Positions 41,039 through 50,879 are shown, counted from the whole stretch's first letter. The stretch is DNA of 62,771 bases, filler included, from an uncultured Myxococcia bacterium (GCA_964617105.1; 6 parts of 6 records of this genome joined end to end with filler, not necessarily neighbours in it), one strand, 5' to 3'. The notes: a model not told the origin generated them from the sequence alone. Numbers and translations: made by a program.

Positions 41039-41912
41039 CTTTTATCCTTTTCTTCAACTCTCTGATATATTCGGGTGTTGTACCGCAGCAACCGCCCACC
41101 ATTTTAACCCCAGCCTCTATTTGAGCCATCGCCTGGACCGCAAACTCTTCGCTGGTAACCGGATAAATGTATTGGCTGTTACTCCTTTTGGGCCTCCCCG
41201 CACAAGGTTTTAACGCCAGGGGTATTTTACAGTTCAATTGCCTGATACTATTAGTCAGGCCGGTCATCTCCAGCGGCGTCAGAGCACAGTTACTGCCAAT
41301 AATGTCTACTTTTTCCTTTTCCAATGTGGAGATACACTCCCCCAACTCTTGTCCCATCATGGTGTGAAAACAATCGCCATCTTTTTTAAAGGTCAAAGAT
41401 ACCATCAGTGGGCGTTGACTAACCTGACGGACAGCCTTGATGGCGCAAACGGCTTCCTCCAGGTCGCAAAAGGTTTCAATACAAAACAAATCCACCCCTC
41501 CCCGCTCCAAAATTCTGGCCTGCTGATAAAAAACCTCTTGCAACTCCTGTTTTGAACAGGTGCCCATGGGCTCTAAAAATTTTCCGGTAGGCCCGATGTT
41601 TCCCGCTACCAATCTTCCAGAGGGACAGGCTTCCCGGGCCAACTCAACCGCCATCAGGTTAATCTCAATAACTCTCTCTTCCAGTCCCCATTTCTTCATC
41701 CTGAACCAATTGGCTTCAAAAGTATTGGTATTGATAATTTCGGCGCCGGCATGCAAATACTCCAGGTGGACATTTTGCACTATTTGAGGATACTCCAGGT
41801 TCCACCAGGCGGTAGATTCCCGCAACTGGTTGAGCCCATATTCTATCAGCATACTGCCCATTGCCCCATCCAGCAGCACAGTATCTTTTTTTAACAACTG
41901 TTCCAAATCCAT
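41031..41912 (-). CDS. Stand-alone homocysteine S-methyltransferase domain (MetH N-terminal/BHMT-like)
   Basis: LLDGAMGS, AGAEIINTNTF, GNIGPTG, IET, GSNC, GGCCGTTPEYI (Zn-binding Cys). Confidence 0.9.
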   Translation of the reverse strand: MDLEQLLKKDTVLLDGAMGSMLIEYGLNQLRESTAWWNLEYPQIVQNVHLEYLHAGAEIINTNTFEANWFRMKKWGLEERVIEINLMAVELAREACPSGRLVAGNIGPTGKFLEPMGTCSKQELQEVFYQQARILERGGVDLFCIETFCDLEEAVCAIKAVRQVSQRPLMVSLTFKKDGDCFHTMMGQELGECISTLEKEKVDIIGSNCALTPLEMTGLTNSIRQLNCKIPLALKPCAGRPKRSNSQYIYPVTSEEFAVQAMAQIEAGVKMVGGCCGTTPEYIRELKKRIKDG

Positions 41913-42029
41913 AAATCTACCCTTTCTAAACTGTGAGTTTATTTAATTTGTAATCACTTTGCAAGGGTTATTCAAAACCGTTCTCTAAAATGTGTACAAA
42001 TCTGTACACGGCTTAGTTCCTGCTTCATC

Positions 42030-42129
42030 NNNNNNNNNNNNNNNNNNNNNNNNNNNNNNNNNNNNNNNNNNNNTTAATTAATTAANNNNNNNNNNNNNNN
42101 NNNNNNNNNNNNNNNNNNNNNNNNNNNNN
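42030..42129. other. Artificial contig linker
   Basis: N44-TTAATTAATTAA-N44. Confidence 0.99.
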
Positions 42130-42329
42130 GGCTCATTGTAACCCACAAAAACTTATCCACAAGCATAAATGCAGAAATCGCCTATAGCAATATCGATTAT
42201 TGCCATATTTTATCACCACAATGGGGGTTCACAGTTGACTTACCAACCGGCGGGAAATTTAAGGAATGATATCGGGGATTATCCTACAAATACGTGCTGA
42301 ATTAGTTTTTGGGAGTTACAAATCAATTA

Positions 42330-43451
42330 TTACTCCAATTTCTGCCATTTTCCGTTCACTGGCCGGTAAATATCATACCAGCCGGATTCATCTTGGGAGC
42401 CCTTAACTCCGGTCATTCCTTCATATTGCATGGATTTTGCTTTTTTTAACACATTGGCACGGTTAACCTCTTGTTTTTCTGCTCTGATGGCTTCAATTGC
42501 TCCTAATAGAAAATTTCCTGTATCAGTGCCGAAATCCTCCCACAGGTCATTGCCGCTCGTGCCCAAACCCATGGCATGAATAGGTGGTAAATCAGGCAAG
42601 GCATTGTTTAATCTTTTCAATAACTCCCCCGTAACGAGAGCGTCTCCGCCAAACCAGGAAATATCTTTCATGATATCATTTTTCAAACTCCTGGTAACCA
42701 GGTTGAAGAAGTCATTTTGAAAACCTAAGTATACAATTGTATCCAACTTTTCCTGTTCTCTTAGGCTAACAAGCGAATTTATAGGGAGGTCTGTATTGTT
42801 TACTGGAAAGGATGCCAATAACTTTGGTGGCGTCTGTTCAAGCTTAACATGGTTAGCGGCAAAGGTATTGGCGTACAGATGTGAAACGAGATCCATACTA
42901 TAAACATTGGTTTCAAAAACAACTGCGAAGTGTTTAACCTTTTGCTTGTTCATGGCAGTAAACAGGGCATCGCTTTGCAGCCGGTTGGAAGGAGCCATCA
43001 ACACCAGGTTTTTAATCCCCTCCAGCATTGTCGATGATGCGGTAACTGCAACTACCAATAGATCTTGCATTTCAGGATTGGCAGTAATGGCGAAAGCCGC
43101 GTCTGAAGTCTGACAAACAACGGCAATGACGTCAGGATCCTGCCAGGCTGTCTTAAATTTATCAACAAGGATATTTTGATTTGATTCCATGTCTTCCACA
43201 AGCAACTTTAGACTGGAGGTGTTTGTCGATAAAACCTTAGAAACCCCCTCCTTGATCTTGTTCCCTTTCTCGCTGTTACTGCCAGATAGGGGTAATAACA
43301 GAATAATTTTGGGAATGGAGCCTTGCGTAATATCACCTGACTGGCTGCCATCGGAATTATCAGCTGTAGGCGAGGAATCTGAACCGCAAGTATAAAGTGC
43401 TGCTGAACCTAGTATCAAAAGGGCTATTAGAACAATCTTATTTATCTTCAT
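42330..43451 (-). CDS. Type-1 periplasmic-binding-fold lipoprotein (LivJ-like)
   Basis: Start MKINKIV (43451), lipobox LYTC, ILLLPLSGSNSEKGNKIKEG, TASS, MAPSNRLQ, YEGMTG. Confidence 0.75.
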   Translation of the reverse strand: MKINKIVLIALLILGSAALYTCGSDSSPTADNSDGSQSGDITQGSIPKIILLLPLSGSNSEKGNKIKEGVSKVLSTNTSSLKLLVEDMESNQNILVDKFKTAWQDPDVIAVVCQTSDAAFAITANPEMQDLLVVAVTASSTMLEGIKNLVLMAPSNRLQSDALFTAMNKQKVKHFAVVFETNVYSMDLVSHLYANTFAANHVKLEQTPPKLLASFPVNNTDLPINSLVSLREQEKLDTIVYLGFQNDFFNLVTRSLKNDIMKDISWFGGDALVTGELLKRLNNALPDLPPIHAMGLGTSGNDLWEDFGTDTGNFLLGAIEAIRAEKQEVNRANVLKKAKSMQYEGMTGVKGSQDESGWYDIYRPVNGKWQKLE

Positions 43452-44667
43452 TTTTTTTCCACACTCCCTTTTCTGCTTTGTACGAATCGAATACCCCCTC
43501 TTTATGAGCCAGATCAAACCCCTTTTTTCCAGTGAGACCGGTAAAGGTAACCTCCCTGCCTGCTTTTAACAGATTGCTGCGGGAGATCTCTTGATTAGCC
43601 GACTCCAGTTTTAAAATAGTTTTCTTTAGAAAAATACCCGCATCATATCCCAGGGCTGCCCAAACGTCAGGTTCCACAGCATACTTTTTTTTGTAAAGGA
43701 CAACAAAATTTTGATAATCATTCCCTTCTGGATTGAGAATTCCAAAGGTAACCACTGTCAAATTGCCATTTAATTCATTTGCCTTTTGGAGCATTTGCCC
43801 ATCATGGAGGGCATCGGAAGCGAACCACTGGTAATCATAGCCTTTTAACAGGGGTAAAGAAGTCATGAAATCTTTGGGAAAACCAAGGAACAAAAGGGTC
43901 TGGATATTGCTTAGTTGTACCAGGCTATGATGGGGAACATGGCCGTTATATACAGGGAAACAACCGGCGAGTGCCGGGAAATGGAGGGGCTGGTTCATAT
44001 TGTCAGTAGTCCCCCGCCGTAATTCTCCCGCCATGGCATGGGAGTGAACCAGTGAAAACAGATCCTGGCTATAGATATTGTCCGCGAATAGGATGGCAAA
44101 ACGGTTAATTTTTCTTTTTTCCAGGAGTTGATATATCACTTTTGCCTGTAAAAAGTTGGATGGCGCAATCAGTAAAAGATTTTCTATTCCTAATAGCTGA
44201 GAGGAACTGGCTGTTGCAGAGACTACCAAAATGTCCCTTTTCCCCGGTTCCTCTACGATAAGTTTTGTCTGAGGAGAACTGGTAGTGAGAATTGAAATTA
44301 CTTCAGGATAACTGCGGGCAGAATCAAATCTGGCTTTGAGCGACTTATCGTCCAAACCCTGGATATCAATAGGTGCCAAGGATACTTTCCCCTTTGTTAG
44401 CATCTCCTGCAAAGCCAGTTGAAATCCATTCTTGACTTTATTGGGATGTTCCGAACCTTGTCCTGTCAAGGTTAGAAAAAGAACAATTTTTTTCTCGTTA
44501 CCTGCCTGGGCGAAAGAATCATCAAATAAAAATAAGAAGGAGAAGGAGAAAAATAGAAAAAAGACGCCATACTGAGGGATAAACCGAACAGGATCCAATA
44601 TTTTTAAATTTTGGTTATTGAAAGTCGATTTTAGTATTTTCTTTTGTGCAAAAATGGGCTTACGCAT
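43438..44667 (-). CDS. Type-1 periplasmic-binding-fold exported protein (paralog of neighbour)
   Basis: Signal ending SFA-QA, VLFLTLTGQGS, SATASS, IAPSNFLQ, AALGYDA, FTGLTG. Confidence 0.75.
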   Translation of the reverse strand: MRKPIFAQKKILKSTFNNQNLKILDPVRFIPQYGVFFLFFSFSFLFLFDDSFAQAGNEKKIVLFLTLTGQGSEHPNKVKNGFQLALQEMLTKGKVSLAPIDIQGLDDKSLKARFDSARSYPEVISILTTSSPQTKLIVEEPGKRDILVVSATASSSQLLGIENLLLIAPSNFLQAKVIYQLLEKRKINRFAILFADNIYSQDLFSLVHSHAMAGELRRGTTDNMNQPLHFPALAGCFPVYNGHVPHHSLVQLSNIQTLLFLGFPKDFMTSLPLLKGYDYQWFASDALHDGQMLQKANELNGNLTVVTFGILNPEGNDYQNFVVLYKKKYAVEPDVWAALGYDAGIFLKKTILKLESANQEISRSNLLKAGREVTFTGLTGKKGFDLAHKEGVFDSYKAEKGVWKKNEDK

Positions 44668-46463
44668 TATTTTTTTCCATGTGAGTCATTACTTGTAATC
44701 ATATTCAGCGCCTGTTCTGCGGCCTGACGTATATTTTCATCAGGGTCCTGTAAAAAGACCTGCAGTTTAGGAATCACAATTGGATCACCCAGGTTGCCAA
44801 GGGCCAATAGACAGGTCTCCTTTCGAGAATTGTCATTGCTCATATGCAGCAGATCCAAAATCTTCCCCAGCACATACTTTTGCCTCTCATCTTCTCCGCT
44901 ATTTTTCAGGAGTTTACCAATCCGGCCCAGGGACAGAAGAGCAGTATCACTTAGGTCGCCATAATCTACACTTGATTTTGGCTGCCGGGATTCCTTGTTC
45001 GAGATGAGATTCAGCATGGTGTCAATGATTTTATGCCCTGGTTTGGCAAGGTCGCCGGCTGCCACAATGGCCTGCAGCCTGGTTTTGTTCAAAAAATCTT
45101 TTTTGGAGATGATATCTGAAAGGGCCGACTGGGCCTGATCATGACCTGCGAGTTCCAGGGCATGGACAATGACGTTAACAGCCTGGTCCAAATCTTGATT
45201 GGCCCTGATAATCCGGGGTATCTTAAGGTAGGCGTCATCTGGAAAAGCGAGAAGATAATCGCGCAGTTCATGAACCAGGGCAGTCAACTCGGATGGGGAG
45301 AGATCACCGGCAACTGCCTTTTTCAGGTTGCTGCAAAGTTCAACCAAATCTACACCGGCAAATTTAACTTTTAAACTCTCCATCTTTTGCTGCTCCCAAA
45401 AAGATGGTGGTATTGCAGCGCTGTTCCCTGTGGAGTTTTCACCTGATGCTGCCTGGATGACCTCCGCCAAATCATTAAATTTTTTCCAAATTTGAAGTTT
45501 TTCGTCAGGTTTAAATGGGACCAACTTTAAATAGATCTCGCTTTTGGTCCGGTTAAGCATGATGGAATCATATTCCAAAATAACAGTTTCTTCCCCATTG
45601 ACTCCCTTGAGCCAGGAATGTCCAGCACCAGCCGGCTGGATTTCGAAATTTGACTTTAGAACCCTTATTCTAAATTTATTTCCTTCTTTTGGATAAGTTC
45701 CAGCTATGTTGGTAAAATCCAACTTAAGGTAATTTTTTTTCTTCTTGAATACCCTTTGGCATTTGGCATCCTTTTTTTGGTAGAGGGCCTGGTAATTGCC
45801 AGTGGAGTTCCTCTCGACAGTCGTCCATTCTAGAGGGTTGTCATGGTCTTGGCTACCAGGTTCCTTCTGAAGATTGGCTGAAAAAACCGCTGCCAGAGAA
45901 TAAATGGTCTCCCCCAGGGATTTTTGATCTTTGGGAGCCATGGTTGCAGGAAACGTGATATGAAAAGGCCGGCCATCCGGAGTAAAAGTTACCAGAAAAA
46001 AATTGCTATAGATTTTTTCCAATTGCCGTTTTCTTTCACCGGAAATAGTCACTGTACAGGATGAAAACTGGAAACCGACAAAAAACGCCCCCTTCTTTTG
46101 GCCAAAGACACGAAAATTAAGCGTTCCTTTGATCAGCATCTCTACATTTTGGCTCTTTTGAATAGTTCCTTTACCTGGTTCATTTTCCAGCTGACTGAAT
46201 AGTTCCAGATTGTATTTACTCTTATAATGGTACATTTGGCGGCTCTCTTGCAGCCAATTGAACATACAACTATTCCCGGCTATTTCTTTTTTCGGGTCAG
46301 CAGGCTGTGGACGAGTTTCAATCCCTCCCTGTTTCAGCGATATTGGCGAATTTTTATTGTGACAGGAAACAAACCATGACCAACAAATCCCAAAAAACAG
46401 AAAAACAACCAGAGCACCCAGGGCCAGTGGTTTCATTCTCTTTTTATTTTTTTCTTTAATCAT
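44667..46463 (-). CDS. Membrane-anchored protein resembling the vitellogenin/MTP/apoB N-terminal lipid-transport module (beta-barrel + helical/HEAT-like domain)
   Basis: N-terminal TM helix; YHY, FLVTFTPDGRP, WTTVERNSTGNYQALY, GEETV..LKL; helical part HALELAGHDQAQ, KPG, ALLSLG, LLALGNLG..IRQAAEQAL. Confidence 0.65.
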   Translation of the reverse strand: MIKEKNKKRMKPLALGALVVFLFFGICWSWFVSCHNKNSPISLKQGGIETRPQPADPKKEIAGNSCMFNWLQESRQMYHYKSKYNLELFSQLENEPGKGTIQKSQNVEMLIKGTLNFRVFGQKKGAFFVGFQFSSCTVTISGERKRQLEKIYSNFFLVTFTPDGRPFHITFPATMAPKDQKSLGETIYSLAAVFSANLQKEPGSQDHDNPLEWTTVERNSTGNYQALYQKKDAKCQRVFKKKKNYLKLDFTNIAGTYPKEGNKFRIRVLKSNFEIQPAGAGHSWLKGVNGEETVILEYDSIMLNRTKSEIYLKLVPFKPDEKLQIWKKFNDLAEVIQAASGENSTGNSAAIPPSFWEQQKMESLKVKFAGVDLVELCSNLKKAVAGDLSPSELTALVHELRDYLLAFPDDAYLKIPRIIRANQDLDQAVNVIVHALELAGHDQAQSALSDIISKKDFLNKTRLQAIVAAGDLAKPGHKIIDTMLNLISNKESRQPKSSVDYGDLSDTALLSLGRIGKLLKNSGEDERQKYVLGKILDLLHMSNDNSRKETCLLALGNLGDPIVIPKLQVFLQDPDENIRQAAEQALNMITSNDSHGKK

Positions 46464-46488
46464 GTGCGAATTAATTTTTGAGCAAGCC

Positions 46489-47994
46489 CTAAGGCAATAA
46501 AAAAGTCTTACTGGCCGTTTTATCGAACAATACCATTTTTTGCTTGAACGCGGTCCAGTTTACCCACCACCAGGTTAATTGATTGATTTTAAAACAAGGA
46601 ATCGGCACCTCCCTGCACATCCTGAAAAAACACTTCCTTTTCCAGCAAATACCAGGTGTGTACCATTTTATAAAAGGTCCCAGTCTACCTTTGGGCCCGA
46701 TTAAATCGTTGGTTATGGTAAATTGCAAATTTCCGCTGATTTCCTTATTATCCGCCGTGGGTTTCATGTAGCACATGCCTTCAAAAAAGAGTCTGTCTCC
46801 AATGAGGTCCAGGGTCCCTTTTACACCGGATGAAGCCGCCTTGATGGTAACACCGGCAGAGGCAAAAGTGCCAATTTTAAAATAGGGCCACACTTTAGCG
46901 TCCAGGTCTGTTCCGGCTATAATTTTCCATTCAATACCAATTTCACCGCTGGCACCGGCAGTAACTTCCACGGGTATAGGGCCCATGAAAATAGTTTTTG
47001 TTATCTTCTTTTCTTTGAGCCATTTGACTTTGTCCGACCAGGTGTAACCAAAACCAAAGCGCTTTTTACTCCAGAGTAGAGCCCCGAGAAAGTAGGTCAT
47101 GTATTTATAATGGGAGTTGGCGCTGCGGAAATAGAGGGTCTTTATATCGGCCGAAGCCCGGTAGAAGTCGAACTCGCGCTCAAAAAGAGTGACATTTACA
47201 CCTACATTGCCCTTTAAATCCGCCCCTTCTTTATGAAATCGCGCCAAACCGTCCATTGAAAAAAACGCACCAAAATATTGGTTGGCGAAATCTTTATCAT
47301 ATGCCTTGGAAAACTCCAGGGGTTTTTCGTCATCTGACCCACTCTCCAAAGGAGTCCTCCTGGGAGATGGAAGTTTTATTTTAATCTCTTTTAGCAGGAT
47401 TTTATCCCCGGGAAATTGAGTCTGCCATACTTTTAACGGATAGGTCTTTGTCTCCTCAACATCGCGGATTAATTCCCCTGCCAATTTTCCAGGGATATGG
47501 AGGGAGACAGGAATACTGGTAACAATTTCTGCTGGTATTTTTAGCACTGGGAGCCTATCCCGGTAATTATTTAAGGAACTGTCCCATACTTCAAGAGGGT
47601 GACACTCGCCCGTATCCGGGGTTTGGAGGCAAAACTGGAGAAGGATGTCCTGGTAATCTTTGGATATAGAATATACTTGAAGTATCATTTCAAGCCGCGA
47701 GTCGGGCATTAGAGGGATAATTCTTTCAGGTCCAGGTTGATAACTCAACAAATTTATGGGCAACAAATTTTCCTGAATCGAGCCCAGGCTAATAGCCAGT
47801 TTTTCACTCCCTTGTAAGCCGGGGGTTTCGCTATCACTTGCCAACGATTTGTTTCTATCCGCCTGTTCGCTGTCAAGTGGTCCGCTTTTATTGTTTCCCA
47901 CACCGCAACCTAACAGAAGAGCAAATACTGAAACAAGAATTACACCTCTCAACTTCATTATTATCAGGTGTTTGTATAACTTTTGAAACATCAT
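46489..47994 (-). CDS. Lipoprotein with C-terminal amphipathic beta-sheet domain (candidate lipid-binding sheets of a split large lipid-transfer protein)
   Basis: AGGAG RBS before ATG 47994, lipobox LLGC. C-half has alternating hydrophobic strands: VNVTLFEREFDF, YMTYFLG, TIFMGPIPVEVTAGASG, GVKGTLDLI. Confidence 0.55.
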   Translation of the reverse strand: MMFQKLYKHLIIMKLRGVILVSVFALLLGCGVGNNKSGPLDSEQADRNKSLASDSETPGLQGSEKLAISLGSIQENLLPINLLSYQPGPERIIPLMPDSRLEMILQVYSISKDYQDILLQFCLQTPDTGECHPLEVWDSSLNNYRDRLPVLKIPAEIVTSIPVSLHIPGKLAGELIRDVEETKTYPLKVWQTQFPGDKILLKEIKIKLPSPRRTPLESGSDDEKPLEFSKAYDKDFANQYFGAFFSMDGLARFHKEGADLKGNVGVNVTLFEREFDFYRASADIKTLYFRSANSHYKYMTYFLGALLWSKKRFGFGYTWSDKVKWLKEKKITKTIFMGPIPVEVTAGASGEIGIEWKIIAGTDLDAKVWPYFKIGTFASAGVTIKAASSGVKGTLDLIGDRLFFEGMCYMKPTADNKEISGNLQFTITNDLIGPKGRLGPFIKWYTPGICWKRKCFFRMCREVPIPCFKINQLTWWWVNWTAFKQKMVLFDKTASKTFLLP

Positions 47995-48135
47995 TAATAA
48001 GATCTCCTGTTCACTCATAATGAAACTTACATAACTTAATCTTCTATAAAAAACCGTTGGTCTAAAGATAGATCTATTGTAGTTTAATTCGCACTTTTAG
48101 CAAACAAAATAAGCATTTGAGATAAAATTTCATAA

Positions 48136-48732
48136 ATGATATCCTTAAAAAGGGTGTTGAAAAGTGATCTGGTCAATAAAAAAGGAAATAAAGTCTATGT
48201 CAAATTATCCCCTTCAACGGCTTCAATTTATCCATATTTATTTTATTTTATTTTTAGTGACTTCGGGAATCCGAAAAAATGTAAAAATAGTAAAAAATCC
48301 TGGGACCCAGAGACCTGGAGCTGTGTTAACACCTGTAATGAAACCCGTTGTAAAGACTATGAAACCTGCAATACCTTTTCAGGAAAATGCGAACCGCGGG
48401 TAAGTAACTCTGAACAGTTGATAAAACTGTTAGGTCAAGTCAAAGAGATTGGTCTAAAGATGCTGCAGAAGGATCCTGAGGCAGTAACAGATAGTGAAAT
48501 TAGAACCTTTCTTTCATATTTTTCTAAAAACAGTCCCTACTATAACCGGCTAGATCTTATTCGTGAGCAACTTGCTAATCGTTCTTCTTATGAATTAATG
48601 AAATTTTTATCTCAAATCAAATCAATCTCAATTAATTCTGGCAATGCTGTGATAACCATGGCGGGAAATGCCAAATGGTTTTTGATGAAGGAAGCTGATG
48701 GACTTTGGAAAATCACTTTTTTTCAGGATTAG
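48136..48732 (+). CDS. Hypothetical protein with EGF-like Cys cluster and helical/NTF2-like C-terminus; may be the 3' remnant of a larger gene
   Basis: C-x13-CVNTCNETRCKDYETCNTFSGKC, C-terminal FLMKEADGLWKI. No signal peptide or clear RBS. Confidence 0.45.
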   Translation: MISLKRVLKSDLVNKKGNKVYVKLSPSTASIYPYLFYFIFSDFGNPKKCKNSKKSWDPETWSCVNTCNETRCKDYETCNTFSGKCEPRVSNSEQLIKLLGQVKEIGLKMLQKDPEAVTDSEIRTFLSYFSKNSPYYNRLDLIREQLANRSSYELMKFLSQIKSISINSGNAVITMAGNAKWFLMKEADGLWKITFFQD

Positions 48733-48832
48733 CAAACAAATCTCTCTTGTTTTTCCTATACCCATTTGCTAAAATGCCTCTCAACTTCCCTATACCATAT
48801 ACCCTAAAACGAAACCAGTCTGGAGATTTCAT

Positions 48833-50725
48833 ATGAAATGTTTATCCTTTTTTTGGTTGTTCGCATTTTTGTTTTTATTGGCTGAACTCACCGCGTGTAC
48901 TCAAGATTCGTCTCCCGCAAATAGTAGTAATCAAAGTCAGACTACACCGGATGGAGGCGACGGTGCTGACGCGATTGTTGACCAGGACAACGACGGAGTG
49001 CCTGCGGTGAACGACTGTGATGACACCTCTGCGGCCCTGGGGGCCATTGCAAAGGATGCTGATTGTGATGGAATACTAAGCGCGGATGATTGTGATGACA
49101 CCTCTGCGGCCCTGGGGGCCGTTTCAAAGGATGCCGATTGTGATGGAATACTAAGCGCGGATGATTGTGATGACCTCGTTGCCAGTAAGAATCAACTTGA
49201 TGAAGACGCAGATGGGATTTCTAGTTGCAAGGGAGATTGCAATGACTTGAGTGCTCGATTCAACCCTGATGCTACAGACGGCCTTTTGGCAGATTACAAT
49301 TGTGATGGCGCTATTGGTTTTCAAAACCTTTCCTATGCTGATTATCAGGTTATTGGTGAAAATAGCTACGACAATGCCGGCACTTCTGTGTCCAGTGCGG
49401 GAGATGTGGACGGTGACGGACTTGACGATATTCTTGTAGGTGCCAAAGGTAACGATGACGGTGGTAATAACGCCGGCAAAGTATACTTAATTCTTGGCTC
49501 AAGCCTGGGTAGTAATCCTGCCATCGATCTTTCCACTGCCGACTACTGTTTCTTAGGCGAAGGCAGTTTTAATTGGGCTGGGGTTTCAACCTCTAGTGCA
49601 GGTGATGTGGATAACGATGGGTTGGACGACTTTTTGATTGGGGCTTATAGCAACGACGAAGGCGGAACATCTGCCGGCAAAGCGTATCTTTTTCTGGGGG
49701 CGAATCTCGGAGGTTCTGCAAGCATTCCTCTGGCTAAGGCCGATTACAGTTTTGTAGGTGAAAACGACTATGCCAAAGCGGGAATATCTGTTTCAAGTGC
49801 GGGCGATGTGGATGCAGATGGTCTTGACGATATTTTGGTAGGTGCAAATGGAAGCAATGATGGTGGGTTTGATTGTGGTGCAGCATACGTGATTCTTGGA
49901 TCAAGTTTGGGGGCCTCGGCGTCCATCAACCTCTCCTCGGCGGATTATAAATTTGTGGGCGAAAATCTTGGCGATTGGGCAGGAGTTTCGGTGGCCAGCG
50001 CAGGGGATGTTGATGGTGACAACCTCTCAGATATTTTAGTTGGCGCGCGGCATAATGATGACGCAGGTAAAAAGGCGGGTAAGGCTTATCTCATTCTGGG
50101 TTCAAGTCTGGCTAAACAGGCTGTTATTAATTTGTCTGAGGCTAACTACAGTTTTGTTGGTGAGGCAGAAGGGGATGCTGCCGGCGGAACGGTTTCAAGT
50201 GCAGGGGATGTAGATGGAGATGGACTTGACGATATCCTAATCGGTGCTGAAAACAGCGATAACTCAGGCTATAATGCGGGCACTGTTTATCTCATTTTGG
50301 GATCCAGCCTCGGTTCTACATCAACTATCGGACTCGATAGAGCTGACTATATTTTTAGTGGTGAAAATAGCTACGACGGAGCTGGTATTTCTGTGGCAAG
50401 TGCCGGAGACGTGGACGCAGATGGTCGTGGAGATTTTATTGTGGGGGCTAAATACAATGTTGATGGTGGTACCAGTGCCGGAAAGGCTTATCTTATCTTG
50501 GCCACAAGTCTGGGACAAGAAACAAAGATCTCCCTTTCTAAGGCAAACTATAGTTTCCTTGGGGAGAGCGGGAACGATTTTGCCGGGGCGAGTGTGGCAA
50601 GTGCCGGAGATGTCAACGGCGATGGTCGAGAGGATATTATTGTTGGCGCTTATGGTAACGACAAGAACAAGACTGCGCTGGATACAGGATGCGGCTATTT
50701 GATTCTTAGTGGGCTCTCAATTTAG
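48833..50725 (+). CDS. Lipoprotein with Asp/Cys-rich stalk and seven FG-GAP (integrin-alpha-like) repeats
   Basis: Lipobox LTAC, DCDD/DADCDG repeats, DGISSCKGDCND..NP motif, seven ~67-aa repeats AG.SV.SAGDVDGDG.DD..VGA. Confidence 0.88.
   Translation: MKCLSFFWLFAFLFLLAELTACTQDSSPANSSNQSQTTPDGGDGADAIVDQDNDGVPAVNDCDDTSAALGAIAKDADCDGILSADDCDDTSAALGAVSKDADCDGILSADDCDDLVASKNQLDEDADGISSCKGDCNDLSARFNPDATDGLLADYNCDGAIGFQNLSYADYQVIGENSYDNAGTSVSSAGDVDGDGLDDILVGAKGNDDGGNNAGKVYLILGSSLGSNPAIDLSTADYCFLGEGSFNWAGVSTSSAGDVDNDGLDDFLIGAYSNDEGGTSAGKAYLFLGANLGGSASIPLAKADYSFVGENDYAKAGISVSSAGDVDADGLDDILVGANGSNDGGFDCGAAYVILGSSLGASASINLSSADYKFVGENLGDWAGVSVASAGDVDGDNLSDILVGARHNDDAGKKAGKAYLILGSSLAKQAVINLSEANYSFVGEAEGDAAGGTVSSAGDVDGDGLDDILIGAENSDNSGYNAGTVYLILGSSLGSTSTIGLDRADYIFSGENSYDGAGISVASAGDVDADGRGDFIVGAKYNVDGGTSAGKAYLILATSLGQETKISLSKANYSFLGESGNDFAGASVASAGDVNGDGREDIIVGAYGNDKNKTALDTGCGYLILSGLSI
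49016..49174 (+). repeat. In-frame 75-bp tandem duplication (2 copies plus a partial)
   Basis: Copies at 49016 and 49091 differ at 3 positions and encode CDDTSAALGA(I/V)(A/S)KDADCDGILSADD. Confidence 0.95.
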
Positions 50726-50879
50726 CCAATTCATAACGAATTTCTGCAGAATTTCGAAAATCTGCCCTTAAATTTGCATACAATTCCGATCTACAAAAAT
50801 CAGAGACGGCATATAACTGTACTTGATATTTTATTGACCATCTGGCATGTAAATATAAACTTAATCTTCAGGAAGAAAT

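Noticed and set aside
42139-42161. Perfect DnaA box TTATCCACA (42153-42161) suggesting oriC
   Set aside because: Only one perfect box plus a two-mismatch neighbour at a contig edge; no dnaA/dnaN context or unwinding element visible.
49340-50700. 201-bp periodicity as a CRISPR-like or DNA-level array
   Set aside because: Fully explained by seven in-frame FG-GAP protein repeats that diverge at synonymous positions.
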